Shown in pieces: positions 38,669 to 54,541 of a DNA stretch of 64,000 bases. Made by a program: the position numbers and the translations under genes. Origin of the DNA: Calcarisporiella thermophila CBS 279.70 (lineage: Eukaryota; Fungi; Calcarisporiellomycota); contig NW_027192192.1 of the NCBI RefSeq assembly GCF_041956535.1, positions 117,700-181,699 of the forward strand. The letters run 5' to 3'. Positions within the stretch are counted from its first letter, which is position 1; every line of letters begins with the position of its first letter. Below the pieces are notes generated by a model. That model was not told the origin of the DNA, did no database searches, and worked only from the letters and a program-made list of their open reading frames with translations.

Positions 38669-39142
38669 ACGATACTTGTTATATAGCCTCTGTTTTATAT
38701 ATACTATATGTTTGCTATTTACCCCCCATCCATTTCTCTTTATTTTACCTGTGCAGGATATTATTTTCCGCTATAAAAGTCCTTATCAAGAGAAAACTCG
38801 ATTTTGGAGAGCAAAATAATGCTTCGCGTAAAATACAGTGTACGATAAACTTTATTTTCATTCTTCCTAGTTTTTCTTTAGCTTTTATTGGTTGGTTGCA
38901 GTAGGTTTGAGCCCTTTTTATTTTATATATGTGCTCTCTTCAGGAAACTGCATTAGAACAAAGCAAAACAAAAAAAAGAGCCTCAGCCCGTAGCCATTCT
39001 AAACCATACCCCTCAATGAACTCTGTTTTCTAATTTCTTTCTCATATTCTTCCTACTACATTTTCTCGCTTCTGTGCATTGCTCATCCGTTGATAAGCAT
39101 GCTATTTTTAAGTGTCCGTTTATTTTATAGCTGACATTAATC

Positions 39143-39675
39143 GATTCATAGATGTCACTCAGGGTTTCTATTTTGTTCCCCTTTCCAACTGAGGAGTAGA
39201 ACTGTTTAATCCAAGTAGGGCAGAAATGTTCCAGCAAATTCAATAAAAAAAATCCATCTACTCAAAGGGAACATAGGCAACTTGCACCATTAAGTTTGTG
39301 AGTTCATAACACTTCACACAGATGCAAACAGCATCACGCATGAATTTGGTCATTATTTCGAGCACATTCGGGGATAACACAGCCGAGAGAAGTACCACCT
39401 GGAGTTCGCGAGGATGAAGTTGGAATATATCATAAATTTAGTCCTTAAACCCTCGAGAAAGTATTTCATCCGCTCCATCCAAACGAACGCCTTGATATGT
39501 ACTGTATGGATAGCACTTGATAATATCCAAGTTACGGTCTGGAATTCTAACAACAACATGCACGCCTTTCTGGAGAGTCTGAGCGTCCCAACTTACATCC
39601 GTTCTGCCATTACACGCATAGGCTTGAACTTTGATATAATCACACAGAGCAAGAACCGTTTCCTGGATTCGATTA
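39143..39675 (-). pseudogene. eIF4A (DEAD-box) pseudogene fragment
   Basis: [63 protein letters not shown]..ELT / IKQFY..KIETLSDIYE. DEAD is changed to DGAD and SAT to SAV, with an in-frame TAA at 39438-39440 and an apparent frameshift just before the DEAD box. Confidence 0.88.
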
Positions 39676-40217
39676 AGGCAGATAATTCCCATGATTCCAT
39701 CCAATTATACCATCATTACCCTTTCCTTTTGAGGTTGTAACCTTTACCCTTCCCTCCTTCCTTTGTAATCTCATCTCCTATGAACGCAAGTGCATGAAAT
39801 AGTTTTAATATTACCGTTGAGCCCGAATGATAAATGTAAAATAAGTGCCGTGCGAATCTGCACGCGCTTTACCACTAGTATACAATGTTTGGATTCCGTC
39901 CATAACAAAAACATATTTTTAGCTATCATCTGATACAAAATTGCGTGTATATAAGATGGTGTTGTGCTCTCACGGCATTGTGCCAATATATTCATATTTA
40001 CCTTATAAGCAAATATTCTGATTTACGAATTAAAAACATTTTCATTATTTAAACTTCAATTTCCTAATTGAACTGTAAAATATTAATCCAAGTGAACATC
40101 TGATTACTCAGTGCATACAGTCCCAGCCAGCTATTAATCGCAATATATAAAAAGGGACACTTTTCATCAATTATCCCTTACTCAAAAACAGATTTAATTT
40201 GACAAATTTTCGATACG

Positions 40218-41007
40218 ATGAGCTTTCCAGAAGGTTATTTTTTCATTCGGAACGTGTATAGTGGACAGGTCCTCGACGTTAAGGATGGTAGTACACAAGA
40301 AGGAGCAAGTATTATTCTTTGGAACAGGAAGGCTTTGCTCAATGATAATCAATTGTGGAAGTAATTATCTGGATTTTTCTTCTTTATCCATTGATATCTT
40401 CATAAATCCTTTCAAAGGCTCCAATTATGCTTTAACTATAGTATTCTTCTCTTTCGATTTATCAAACTAACTCATACCTCTCTCCATCCGCAAATATAAT
40501 ATAAGTAGCTAATTATACATTATTTAGATACGACGATGGCTTTCTTATCAACAAAAAATCTGGACTAGTTTTGGAGGTCAAGGGAGCCAGTGGTGGAGGC
40601 AGCATAAGGCCTGATTCAGAGCTGGTGCAGGGAAAAAGGAGAGAGCCACCAACGAATATAAATCAGCTTTGGGCGTATGTATACTAATTGCTACTATTAA
40701 TATCGATGATTGTGATTTAAATTCGAAGAGTTGTTAGATGAGATATATGAAATAACTCATTCTTTATATTCATACAGTTATAATTATGACTATATAATGC
40801 CCTATGATCCCAAAGTCTGTATTTCAGCGCAAGGCGATAATATCAAACCTGGTACGAAGATTGTGGCAGATGTGCTGATTGTAAGAAATTGCGTATTTCA
40901 CCCATTATGCTACTAAAAACCGAGATAATTTACAAAAATGTGAACTTTGATTATGCTAGGATTTCCCCAATAATCCAAAACAGCAATGGATGTTCGATAT
41001 TGAGTAA
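40218..41007 (+). CDS. Cytoplasmic ricin-B (beta-trefoil) lectin-like protein (4 exons)
   Basis: MSFPEGYFFIRNVYSGQVLDVKDGST..NQLW, KKSGLVLEV..NQLW and ..QQW give three QxW subrepeats. There is no signal peptide. TATATAAA near 40144. Confidence 0.88.
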
Positions 41008-41616
41008 GCAAGCGAGTCTCAAGATAATCTTCCTTAATATGGAGAGAATCTTACGATTTATGAGTTTTATCATTTGAATTGAGATTTATTAATAAATATA
41101 ATAGTATTTTGGTGAGAAGACACATATAACGTAATTCTTCATGGATTAATAGGACATAGTTTTGTTATGAATTGAGAATATTGGCAAATGGATATTTAGC
41201 AAATTTTGCAATGAAAAAATTTACGTTTTGCTAAATGATTGTCAAAATATACAGTTCCCTCAAGTTATAGAATTTGGAGTGCAAATGTTATAAAATCAAA
41301 CTAAATTATTTAGCAATATGGAAAACGCCCATCCTTTCTCTTGCCTTCCACCATCCTTCATCGACCGCGTACTACGCACGTAGGGTAATCTAGGAAAGTT
41401 ATCCGATTCTAGGGACATATATTGGAGGATTTCACTATTTTGCTCTGGCCTAATTTGCGAGTTTATGTAGGCAGAGTACGCATTCATAGTGTGTGACTTG
41501 TAATGGATTGGCCTTTCAGTTTGCTGGCTGAATCAAATTACCGCAATAAGCCCTACTAAATAAGTTTTTCAATTTCTCTATATATCTTGCGATTGCCTCT
41601 ATATCAAACTGCCACA

Positions 41617-44600
41617 ATGGAAGAGCCTGAGGAGAAAGTGATAGAGGATCTGCCTCCTGCTGACACCACTCAAGTAAATCAACCATCACAGGAGCAGCAA
41701 CAGCAAGATGAGCCTCAGCCAGAGCAGCAACAGACACTTCCGTCACAAACAGATAATCCAACTGTATCACCTCCTTCAAACCCTCCGAAATCGTCGTCAG
41801 CCGCAGCCGAGTTGTCCTTCCCGCCCACACAGCCTAGCAAAAAGGAAATTGCTAAGCGGGAGCGGATAGAAAAGCTCGATGCGCGGATTCGAAATGATCC
41901 ATTTGAATTTGATACATGGTCTCAACTTTTAACCGAGGTGCAATCAAGGGGCACTGTGGACGAGATCCGTAGAGTATATGAACGATTTTTAAAACAATTT
42001 CCAACATCGGTATGTTTCTTTTTTCTTCTTGCGACTAAATGTATATTCTAACCTCGTTTTTTCCCGTTATTCACAGTCTCGACATTGGATAAACTACGTG
42101 GAATTCGAGCTAAAAAATGAAGAATTTGAACGCGTCGAATCAATATTTGCGCGTTGTCTTAAAACAGTATTATCAGTAGACCTATGGCGGTATTATATCA
42201 ATTACATTCGGCGGATTAATGGCGCTGAGAAAGGGAGCACTGGGATGACACCCGAGGCGCGCACAACTGTAGACAAAGCATACGAATTAGTGATCAATAA
42301 AGTAGGAATGGACCGGGAGGCAGGTTCCATTTGGAGTGATTATCTGCTTTTCATAAAGAGTGGAGAGGTATGTATTTATTTTGCATATTAATTCTATCTC
42401 TTTTTTTTTTCCGATTTAGATCCATTGTTTTATTTATATCCCTTCTATCACTGTTCTATATTCTCTCCTCTATACCCTCTCCTCCATTTCTTTCCTCCAC
42501 ATTTTTATAACATTCTCCTCATTTCATGCTTTTCAATGCGTCTAATGAAGATAAGAAATAGCTCTCGTATCGTTCAGTTTTACTTGGAGATACGATTGCG
42601 CCATTCCTATGTTAAGCAATAAATTAACGACTGGTTTAATTTATTCTATTAGACACAGAATACATGGGAAGAACAGCGCAAGATGGACAAGTTACGACAA
42701 ATTTATCAGAGAGCCATATGCATCCCCTTAAACAATGTGGAGGTTCTTTGGAAAGAATATGATCAATTCGAAAACTCTCTAAATAAAATCACGGTGATTG
42801 ACTGATTTTTTTTTCTTTTTATTTAAATGGTTCGCTGAATATTCGTTTGTATTTGTTTCCAATGTAGGCGAAAAAATTCCTAGCAGAGAAGTCTTCTTAC
42901 TATATGACCGCAAGAACGGTGCTGCGAGAAATGCGAATTGTTTCGGAGGGTTTGGTGCGTGGAGGACTTCCTCGTCCTCCGCAGTGGACCGAGAAGGAGA
43001 TCATTCAGGTATATTGAATAGCTTTACTTTTGTCTCTAAAATATAAATAATTCAAATTATATTTGCTGTCTTTAGCTCGAAATATGGAAGCGATATATAG
43101 CATGGGAGCGCTCGAATCCTTTGCAACTGGAGGATAGCAATATGCTTGCCGATCGAGTGAACTATGCATACCACCAGGCGCTGTTACATATGCGATACTA
43201 TCCTGAGCTGTGGTACGATTTTGCTCGATATCGCATCGAGCACAATCAAGTAGAGCAGGCGGCGCTGCTTTTGAAGGATGGAATGGAGGTGCTTCCGACT
43301 AGGTAAGATCAACATTTTCATTATCGGTCGGGAAGTTGCCCTCCAATTTTTATGTCTATCGTTTCACTATAGTTACTTGCTTCACTTTGCTTATGTTGAA
43401 ATCGAGGAGTCTCGTAGCCATATCACAGAATGTCATACGGCCTTCGAATCGATTCTCAACAACCTCACCAAAGTGATTGAAGAGGTAAAAAGCAACACAG
43501 AGGCAGAGTTAAAGGCTCTAGAGGCGCAATTGGCTGAGGCAGAAAAAGAGTCTGACGAAAAAAACATGGAGCTGGATGGAGAAATGCGGGAGCGGTTGCG
43601 GGAAAAAGAGCGCGAAAAGGATGTGGGGCGAAGCGCAATAGAAGAGCGCCAGAAGGAGCAGATAGACGCATTGGCAAGGGGTTGTTCCTTGGTGTGGATT
43701 ATGTATATGAATTTTGCAAAACGCGCGGAGGTTTGTATAACTGCAAAGTGTGGGAAATTGATGTTGCGTTTGTTGATGATTTTATTTTCCTCACCGATCA
43801 TCAGGGGATTACCGGTGCACGGCAGGTGTTTAGAAAAGCCCGTAAATTTGAACATTGCACTTATCATGTATTTTTAGCTTCTGGTAAAGTGAATCCACAT
43901 TTTTACGCGCTGAATGTCTTTATCCATATTTTCTCCATCCTCTAGCTTTGATGGAATACTTCTGTAGCAAGGATCGCACGGTAGCAGGCAAGATCTTTGA
44001 GTTTGGGTTAAAATCGTTTAGCGATGACCCTGATTACGCAGCTCACTACCTGGAGTTCCTGCTGATGCTGAATGATAGCAATAGTAGATATCTTGTGTCT
44101 AACACTTGTATCAAATGATGCTGACCGAGTTTCCTGTATAGACGCACGAGCACTGTTTGAACGTGTGCTAGTCAATATTCCCTCAGAAAAGGCACGAATC
44201 CTGTGGGACAGATTGATGGAATACGAGAACCGATACGGTGAACTTGTTTCAATCCAGACTTTGGATCGTCGACGGGCCGAGGTTTACACAGAAGGTTAGT
44301 GACGAAATCCCGGTGTCCCTTTTTACTCTACTAACGTAGTGGTTGGAAATAGAAACGGATTTAGATCGTTTTGTCGCAAGATGTAGTTATGAAGACATCG
44401 ACGTAATTCAGGAGAAGGAACTGGGTGGGGCTGGTGAGTGGCCTAGATTTAATTTATTCAAGGAACAAATAATATTCATTCAAATTCTCTCTGCTTTTAT
44501 TATGCTCACCTTCTCGATTAGCTCGGCGACAAATAGCCAAAGAAACTCCCCGTCTTGACCTTAGTGAACTTGCCGCTGAAAAGGATCGATATTCACGAGA

Positions 44601-45353
44601 CGAAGATAAAAGACCCTTACTTGAATCTTACCACCCAGAGCGCTTCCCTCGTCCTGATCTTACACAGTGGACTCCATACAAAGCGAGTCCGGAAGATTTG
44701 AAGCGCGCAGCGCTGGATAACATGGAACGAGCGGGGTCTCCTGCCGTTGGGACCCCTCCCCCCACTGGTGGAGACATATCCTCGAGAGGTGGAGAGACCG
44801 GTCATACACAGCCCGTTTGGATCTCAACGGGGGCAATGGGATATTTACCTGAGGCAGTTGCGAACTTTTTGACCGCATTGCCACCTGCGAATACTTTCAA
44901 TGGTCGGCTACGATTTTTAATTTTTTTTTTAGTTAACGAGAGTGACTTATAGAAGAATTATTTTTTTTCTCTTAATATATAGGACCTGTATTTAATGCAT
45001 CCGCACTACTAGAGGTGTTGATGGGTTCCCAAATCGCTTCGGCCATCATGCCTCCTCTTCCTTCAGGTGCTGGGGCATCGCGACTTACTCCACCCCTTCG
45101 AGATGATCGGGGGGGACACTCTCCTGGGAGATATGGGCGCAACGGACGAGATGGCGTATCCGGTCGAGGACGTAGTAAGTTTAAAGGCGGTGGTGGCGGG
45201 GGTGGATCCAAGCGTGGAGGAACCAAACGCAAAGGAGACCGGGAACACGAAGATGATGACCGGGAGCCAAGGGGAATTGGGCCAAATCGGCCACCGGAAT
45301 ATGATCTGTTCCGCGCGCGACAGCAGAAGCGGCACCGAGATGAGGGATATTAG
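41617..45353 (+). CDS. RNA14: mRNA 3'-end processing factor Rna14/CstF-77 (HAT repeats, multi-exon)
   Basis: [74 protein letters not shown]. Confidence 0.95.
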
Positions 45354-45758
45354 AGGAGGGGTGTTTGTTTCTAATTTTGTAGAATCAATTCTCATTTTAT
45401 TTTTTCCTTGAAGGGGTGATGTGATGGTTTCGGAACCACAATAAACATGGATTACAACATAACTTTTAATTTATTTATTAAATATACGCCACTGGGCATG
45501 GTAAAATACCTTAAACCGGCAACTTCTTCCAAACATAGGGTTGTGTTACCAGCTAAAGAAGTCGGAAAGGCAGTTGTACAATATCAAACAACAATTTTTA
45601 AATACAAAAGAAAAACAGCAAATATATAAAAACAACAATATCCCTTTGTAAATAAACAGAGAAGCACGCAATTATCCTGTACATTTTAAAGCGTTCCTCG
45701 TTCCATAATGATCCCCCGCATATCACCATTCCGTACTTCGTGTCCTCAGTCTCTTGGA

Positions 45759-48700
45759 TCAATTTGTTTTCTCCTGTTTCATCTCTGCCTGGAATTCTAT
45801 CGATTTCGCAAGTGATTCCGCGTATTCCTGGTATTTGACAAGCTCGTGCAAAAGATACTGGCTTTTTCGCTCCCAGTTGGATATCGCCCTAGAGTAATTG
45901 GTGGATTTTGGTGGATACTAAACGATCATAATATCAAAGATCAGTATGATTAAAAGAATAGAAACAAAACAAACAGTCTCCCCCATGATGGAAGATGTAT
46001 AGACTATCAGAAGGGATATTTACCAAGGTCTGCAAAGGTTCTCTATAGTTTGTATGGTCCTCCAACTCTTTTTCTAAATTGGCTATGTATTGCTGAAGAG
46101 CCTGCAGCTGTTCTGCCTCATCAAAAGAATGTGGGCTCGCCTGTGTCGGTGCCAGGGGCGGTTGCCATTCTTGGACCGTGGGTTTGGTATTTTTCTCTCT
46201 GTGAGCATCGCCAAACATGCCAACAAACGAAGCCCTTCTCGATTGAGGCTGCTGTGTTTCCGGGGGGCATAAACTGGAATTGTCTTCATTATTCTCTGAT
46301 TTAAGCACGATCGAATTCCATCCATATTCGATGCTACTAACGCCGCCTAATAAGGGGGGCCGGCTCTCTCTCGCTGCCCAGTATGTGCAAGTTCGACACC
46401 ATTCTAAGACGTGCTGCTGTGTGCCTGCTTGGAAAAGATAAGTCCCGCCATTGGGAAGCGTCAGCGCGAACACATTGTTTCTAGTGCGCGAGTAACCTGC
46501 TGGTAGTGCTTTGGCGATAGTGTGTCGCAAGCTTAGTTCCCCAATTGGTATTGCGTTTGTCATCCAGTTACCTCCGCCGAATACTTGTGCGATTTCGGGT
46601 TTGTTCTCGGAGGTCTCTTTTTCGACCACAGAGTGGCGCTTCGAAAGAAGTTCTGAACTGGAGGCTTCGCGCATCCACATGGTCAAAGGACGACTTCGGC
46701 GACACAATTTCGTGTGCGAGCTACTCCCGTATTTGTCGAAGCGAAACATCATAAGGCGACCGCGGTCGACCACAACAAAACATTCTTGCCATTCGCGATG
46801 CTTTGCTCGAACACCCTGTTTCTCGAGGAGGTGTTTCCGGATGAGAACCCCTTCTTTTACATAAGGAGCCCCGATATGAGGCATGACCGAGGGCTGTGTA
46901 CAGACCGAGAGCAAATGGGAGGAGATGGAGGATTGTGTTGAAATAGTGTCCTCATCTGTTAAGGTATTGTGACGGAGAGGACTGCCGAAGGAGGAAACAT
47001 CGAGCATGCTTCCATTCTTTATAGAGAAATAGGAACAGTTTTCAGTATTTATCTTCTACATATCCACCCGATTAAAAGCTAGTATTTACCTCGATTGAGC
47101 TGCTTGAGTGTGTTTCCAATGCGATGGCGCTCGCAAAACCGGCTTGCAAGGAACCCATCAAAGCTGTTCGCTTCGCATCTTCAGCTATGCCCGGAGTTCC
47201 TGGTCTACTCCCACTATCGTACTCAGGAGGCACTTGAGATGGAAGCTGTGCCGTATTTGGCCAAATTCTAGTGAACATATCCTTGCCCCACCTGGTTGTG
47301 CGTTTTTCTGACCCGCTTTTTCCAAGCTCCGGACTACAGTTGGCAGGCTGTTCCACACGGCTTAGACGAACGGAGGTATAGAGGTCGCGAAGGACAGGCT
47401 CAAGCTTGGACGTGTTTACAGAAGGGTCTACGACTTGCACAACTTCCAAGGTGTTACGAACAAACTGTGAGCGTGTCATTTTACGAGGCACTTGGGCAAT
47501 GTGGAGATCTGTGTTGAGGAGAAGTAGTGAATAGGAAACGGCATGTACCACTTCTAGAAGATTATCGGAGTGCTTTATTTAGTGCAAGTTTGAGAAAATT
47601 CGTGTACTAGATAACTCACCGGCAGAATTGAAAATATTTTTCGGATTGCACTCTTGATAACGGTCCGCAAATACCTTCAAAATTCGATCAATCTGCTGTG
47701 TTTCTGCTTTTACGTACAGACGACTGCAGAGATCTCGGAAGGCCATATTCAAATCCTTGTCTTTAAAGTCCAGGAGCGACATATAATGTTGCAGGATTAA
47801 TGAGTTGATCTTTTTGCTACAAAATGGCATGTAAATATGAATTTAGTGGTCGTTCAAAATAAAATAGACACGTGGGGAATGGAACACGTACTCTTTTCCT
47901 AAGAACTCGGCGAGCTGTCTCCTGCTGACAAACTTTTCATTTCCTTCAAAGCACAGCCGGGCCACTTCAGCAGCATCTTCTTCTCTCAAAGTTTCTTTCA
48001 CGTTGCTTGTGCCGATTCCAGAAATAGTCGGCTCACTGGAGGCATGATGAGACATCACTGGCTCCAACTTGGTTGTTAATGATGAGGATGCTTTTGGTAA
48101 GGGAGCCAGTCCCTTTTCGGAGTTGGTTTCTACTATTGATTCTATTTCACATACGCTTGAAGAAGAAGATTCATTCGACAAAATAACGTTCTCATCGTTT
48201 GATTCACCGAGATTGTATTGTTTAAATGGATGAGGATTTGGGTTGTTGCGAGACGAATAAAGTCGGTCAGTTCTCGGAGCCATTACCTCGAGAGCCGGGG
48301 TCTGCGAGAAACCTCCTGGTCCAAAACAGTTCAGCTCATCCGCACCAAATTCTCTGTCAATCATGTCAAGATTAAGCGGGGTGCTCCAACGTCGAAATGT
48401 ATATTTGTCCCGAGGCTATTTATAACATGGTATACCGCATTATTTTACAATGTAATATTCATTCGGACATAAAAAATATATTCTCATAAAAAATATACCT
48501 TGGAAATTCCTTCTTCTTTCTCGGTGAGCTCTTCTCCTGATAACATCCGCATTAATCGATTGCTAGTTATTAGAGAACCCGCAGAGTATCTGCGGCATGA
48601 TCCCAATTTATGTTCTGGTATATCCGTTGAGCATTCGAGAATTCGGGGAGACGAATGGGATGATTGGCATTGATTCTTAGCACCATTCCACGAAAGAGAT

Positions 48701-48780
48701 GAAAGTGAAAATAACTTTCGGATGGAAAGGCTACCTTCCGATTCAGTACTGGAAGTGTGGGATGATGTATGAAGCGACAT
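45759..48780 (-). CDS. Sec7 + PH domain Arf-GEF (Syt1/Yel1/EFA6-like, multi-exon)
   Basis: Sec7 motifs LYVKAETQQIDRIL and YSLLLLNTDLH, PH domain KEGVLIRKH..WQECFVVV..YLFQAG..WC..YWAAR, and a final exon NWERKSQYLLHE. Confidence 0.9.
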
Positions 48781-49348
48781 TCAAATAATGAGAGGATGAT
48801 GAAGAAATCGATTAAATCAGTCCAAATACAAATATGATAATGAAATCGATGGGAGAGGGGAAAAAGGGGAGGGGCGGGGTGGAGCAGAACGAGAAATGAG
48901 TGAAGGTGAACCGTTGAGTAATAGAAAGGAATCAAACAAAAACTTTGTGAAGGAAAAAACAGAACACATACGGGAGCAGAGTTTTAATTTGGTATAGAAA
49001 CAATACTCCGATGCGCATTGAAGGGTTGTCAAATTCGCTTGACAATCCAAGACATGCTCAGACTCGTTTCAACCACACTGATCCTTTTATAGTTGCTTAA
49101 TATAGCATTCTTAACATAGAAAAAAGTGATATCTATACAATGAAAACAAGAATGATATTACAATCAAATGTGCGCCATTATTGAATAAATCAGTTTCAGA
49201 AATACTGCGAACATCAATAAAGAGCAAAATATCAACGAAATTTACAATATCATGCAGGCTTGGAACTACTGGCCTTGTCATGTTGATGGTCTTGAGATTC
49301 CTGTTCAGATAAAACAAGGCTTGATATATCAATCATCCCTTTTTCAAA

Positions 49349-51027
49349 CTATATCTCTGTTCTCACCTCAGCTTCAGTATGTTCCTCAGCCTCGTTCGAC
49401 TCATGACAACAGTAAATCGAGGTGAACCATTCGTCTGAGAGGATATCACTTGTGTAGAATCGATATTTAGGGTCGGGCTCAAGGATGTGATAAAGCAAGT
49501 TCTTGACCCCCTGACAAGAAAAATTTTCAAGATCAATAAACACCATCCAGATTATTACAAGTCAATACCCACCTTTCCCAACTGCTCAATGGGTTCGTAT
49601 CCCATCCAACCAATTGCAGAAGCCCCCATTTCAATAGTGCCTTCTTCTCCTTTGTTGCATCTAGCTTGCTCTCGCTGATGTCGCCGTTTCATGATGTCTT
49701 TATATTCATTCCAGCGGAAATCTTGTCCGTCGCGTGCCACTTGCCACAGCATGCATCCAGTTCGCATAACCACGTATATGATTCCACACGACCACACATC
49801 AGCAAGACGTGCATCGTAATCTGTGTCCATCCATAATTCGGGGGCAATGTATGGAGTGGAGCCCACAATGCCGCGTGAGAGCTGAACTTCGGATTCTTTG
49901 CACCAGGGAATTCGGAAACAATCGCTGTTACCAAAGTCTGCCAATTTGATGCAACCATCAATGGTGAGAAGCAAATTCTCTGGCTTCAAATCTCTGTTGA
50001 ATGTTAGGTAAGGAAAATTAGAAGATGTGAAAGCGCGTGTCAAAATTTAAGTTTCATACCGGTGGGCCACTCCGAGTTTGTGCAAATAATTTACTCCGTT
50101 TACCAGCTGTTTAAAAAAGCAGTCCGCCTCCGCAGGCTCCAAACCATCTTTTGTCGAGCTTATAAGGCTATAGACATCCCCTCCACCTGCATATTCCATC
50201 ACCTCACAATATTCATCTGTTCTAGGCCATGGAAGGAGATCTAAAGTACGGATAATGTTGATATGATGAAGAGTGGAGGATATGCAAAATTCAGAGGTCA
50301 AGCGCTTGACATAAGATTTATTTGTCTCCTGATGCCGCTTTTTGAATTCCTTTCAATGCAAACCGTAATATTAAGCGCCATGTACCCTTTATATCTATTC
50401 AGTCTCTGTCTTATTTCATTTCTTTACCTTGACAGCATACAGCGTCTCTCCTGAGCCTGGATTGTTTAGATCTAGTTTATGCGCAACCCGCACAACGCCC
50501 CACGCTCCTTGCCCAATAACTTCTTGTACTGTTCCATACTTTTCACACAGGCTCTTTTCCGAACCATTCTGCGATCCTTCTACTTTTTCTTTCACTTTTT
50601 CAAGCCCCTTTCCCTTTTCTTCATTATGTTGCCCCACGGCTAAATGTCGCTCGCGATGGAATAAATGGCTCAAATGAGATTTCCTTAAGGGTTGTGGATT
50701 CAGATGATGAATGTGTTTCCCATCTGGTAAAAGCTCAAAGCGCGGCTTCATAGTTGACGAACTCTGCTCGGGATGTAGGAGCCGATGCATAAAATTTTGA
50801 AAAGGGGACACTTGCGATGAGGTGGCAGAAACCGAGCGATTGTTTTTTGAAGCTGTAGAGGCGTTATCTTTGGATGGGATTCTTGCTAAATAGGGTTGAG
50901 CTTGATGACTGGAGAGTTGTTCAGGAATGGGTAATGTTGAAGGAGCAGGTGCTTGAGCCTGCCGTTTATCAGGATGATCCGCGGGATCCTGCTGCTCCTC
51001 ATTTTCAGTGTTATTCTCGCTAACCAT
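49349..51027 (-). CDS. HAL/NPR-family Ser/Thr protein kinase (Sat4/Hrk1-like)
   Basis: IGQGAWGVV, YAVK, LTSEFCISSTLHHINII, HRDLKPENLLL, ADFG, GSTPYIAPE, DVWSCG. Confidence 0.93.
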
Positions 51028-51351
51028 AGCGATTCTCAAGTGCACCTTTGAAATCTAAGTAGTTATCACGAATTTATTGTTGGTCAAAATTAAAAGAGAG
51101 TTATAAAGGCGTTTGCCATATTAAATAAGATGTATAAAAATATTTGCGGGGATAATGATTTCACCGAACGATCTACAAAACTGCTGAGCAACAGCAGCTG
51201 CGCCACGAACCCGCGAGTTTCGTCAGATGTATACGTTGAATATCGCGCTAGGGAGCGAAACTTCGCATCCGAAAAAAAAAACATCGTACTCATTAGAGCA
51301 AAAGAGAAGTTAGTACGCTCCCTTCGTCCTAATTTCCTAATATTTTCGAGA

Positions 51352-54003
<2,652 letters not shown>

Positions 54004-54541
54004 ATCCTATTCACATTATCTATATCTCACTCCATATAATCCCCATATTTATATGCGGCCTTGTATTTCACCCCTCACTCCACTTTGGTGGAGTCTTCTT
54101 TTCTTTGTGGGAGATAAAAGATAGAAGTGAGTTATACGGGATCTATTTTCTATATATAAACTGGATATAGCTTGGTTTCCTTGTTATTTACCTATACGAT
54201 ATGAGAGTAATAAACCATATTAGATACTACCATGGGCATAGTTTTAGATTGCTATGCTTGATTTTTTGGCTCCGATCATTCTGTTGGAGGCAAATTTTGT
54301 ATTTCCGCTCGGCTAGACTTGAAAATGTCTAGCCGGGGAGTTCGTGAAGTATGTAGTTTCAGGATCATGGCCCAGGTATGATGGACGAAAAACGCACTAG
54401 CTAATATATTTCTCTCCATTAAAAAAATTACACTGCTCTAATAATAAGACTAAGAAAAACAATAAAAATAGTGACTAAAGGTAACAAAAAAAATTAAAAA
54501 GCAAAGCACCAGTCTTTCCCCTTATTATTATTAACCCAAAC

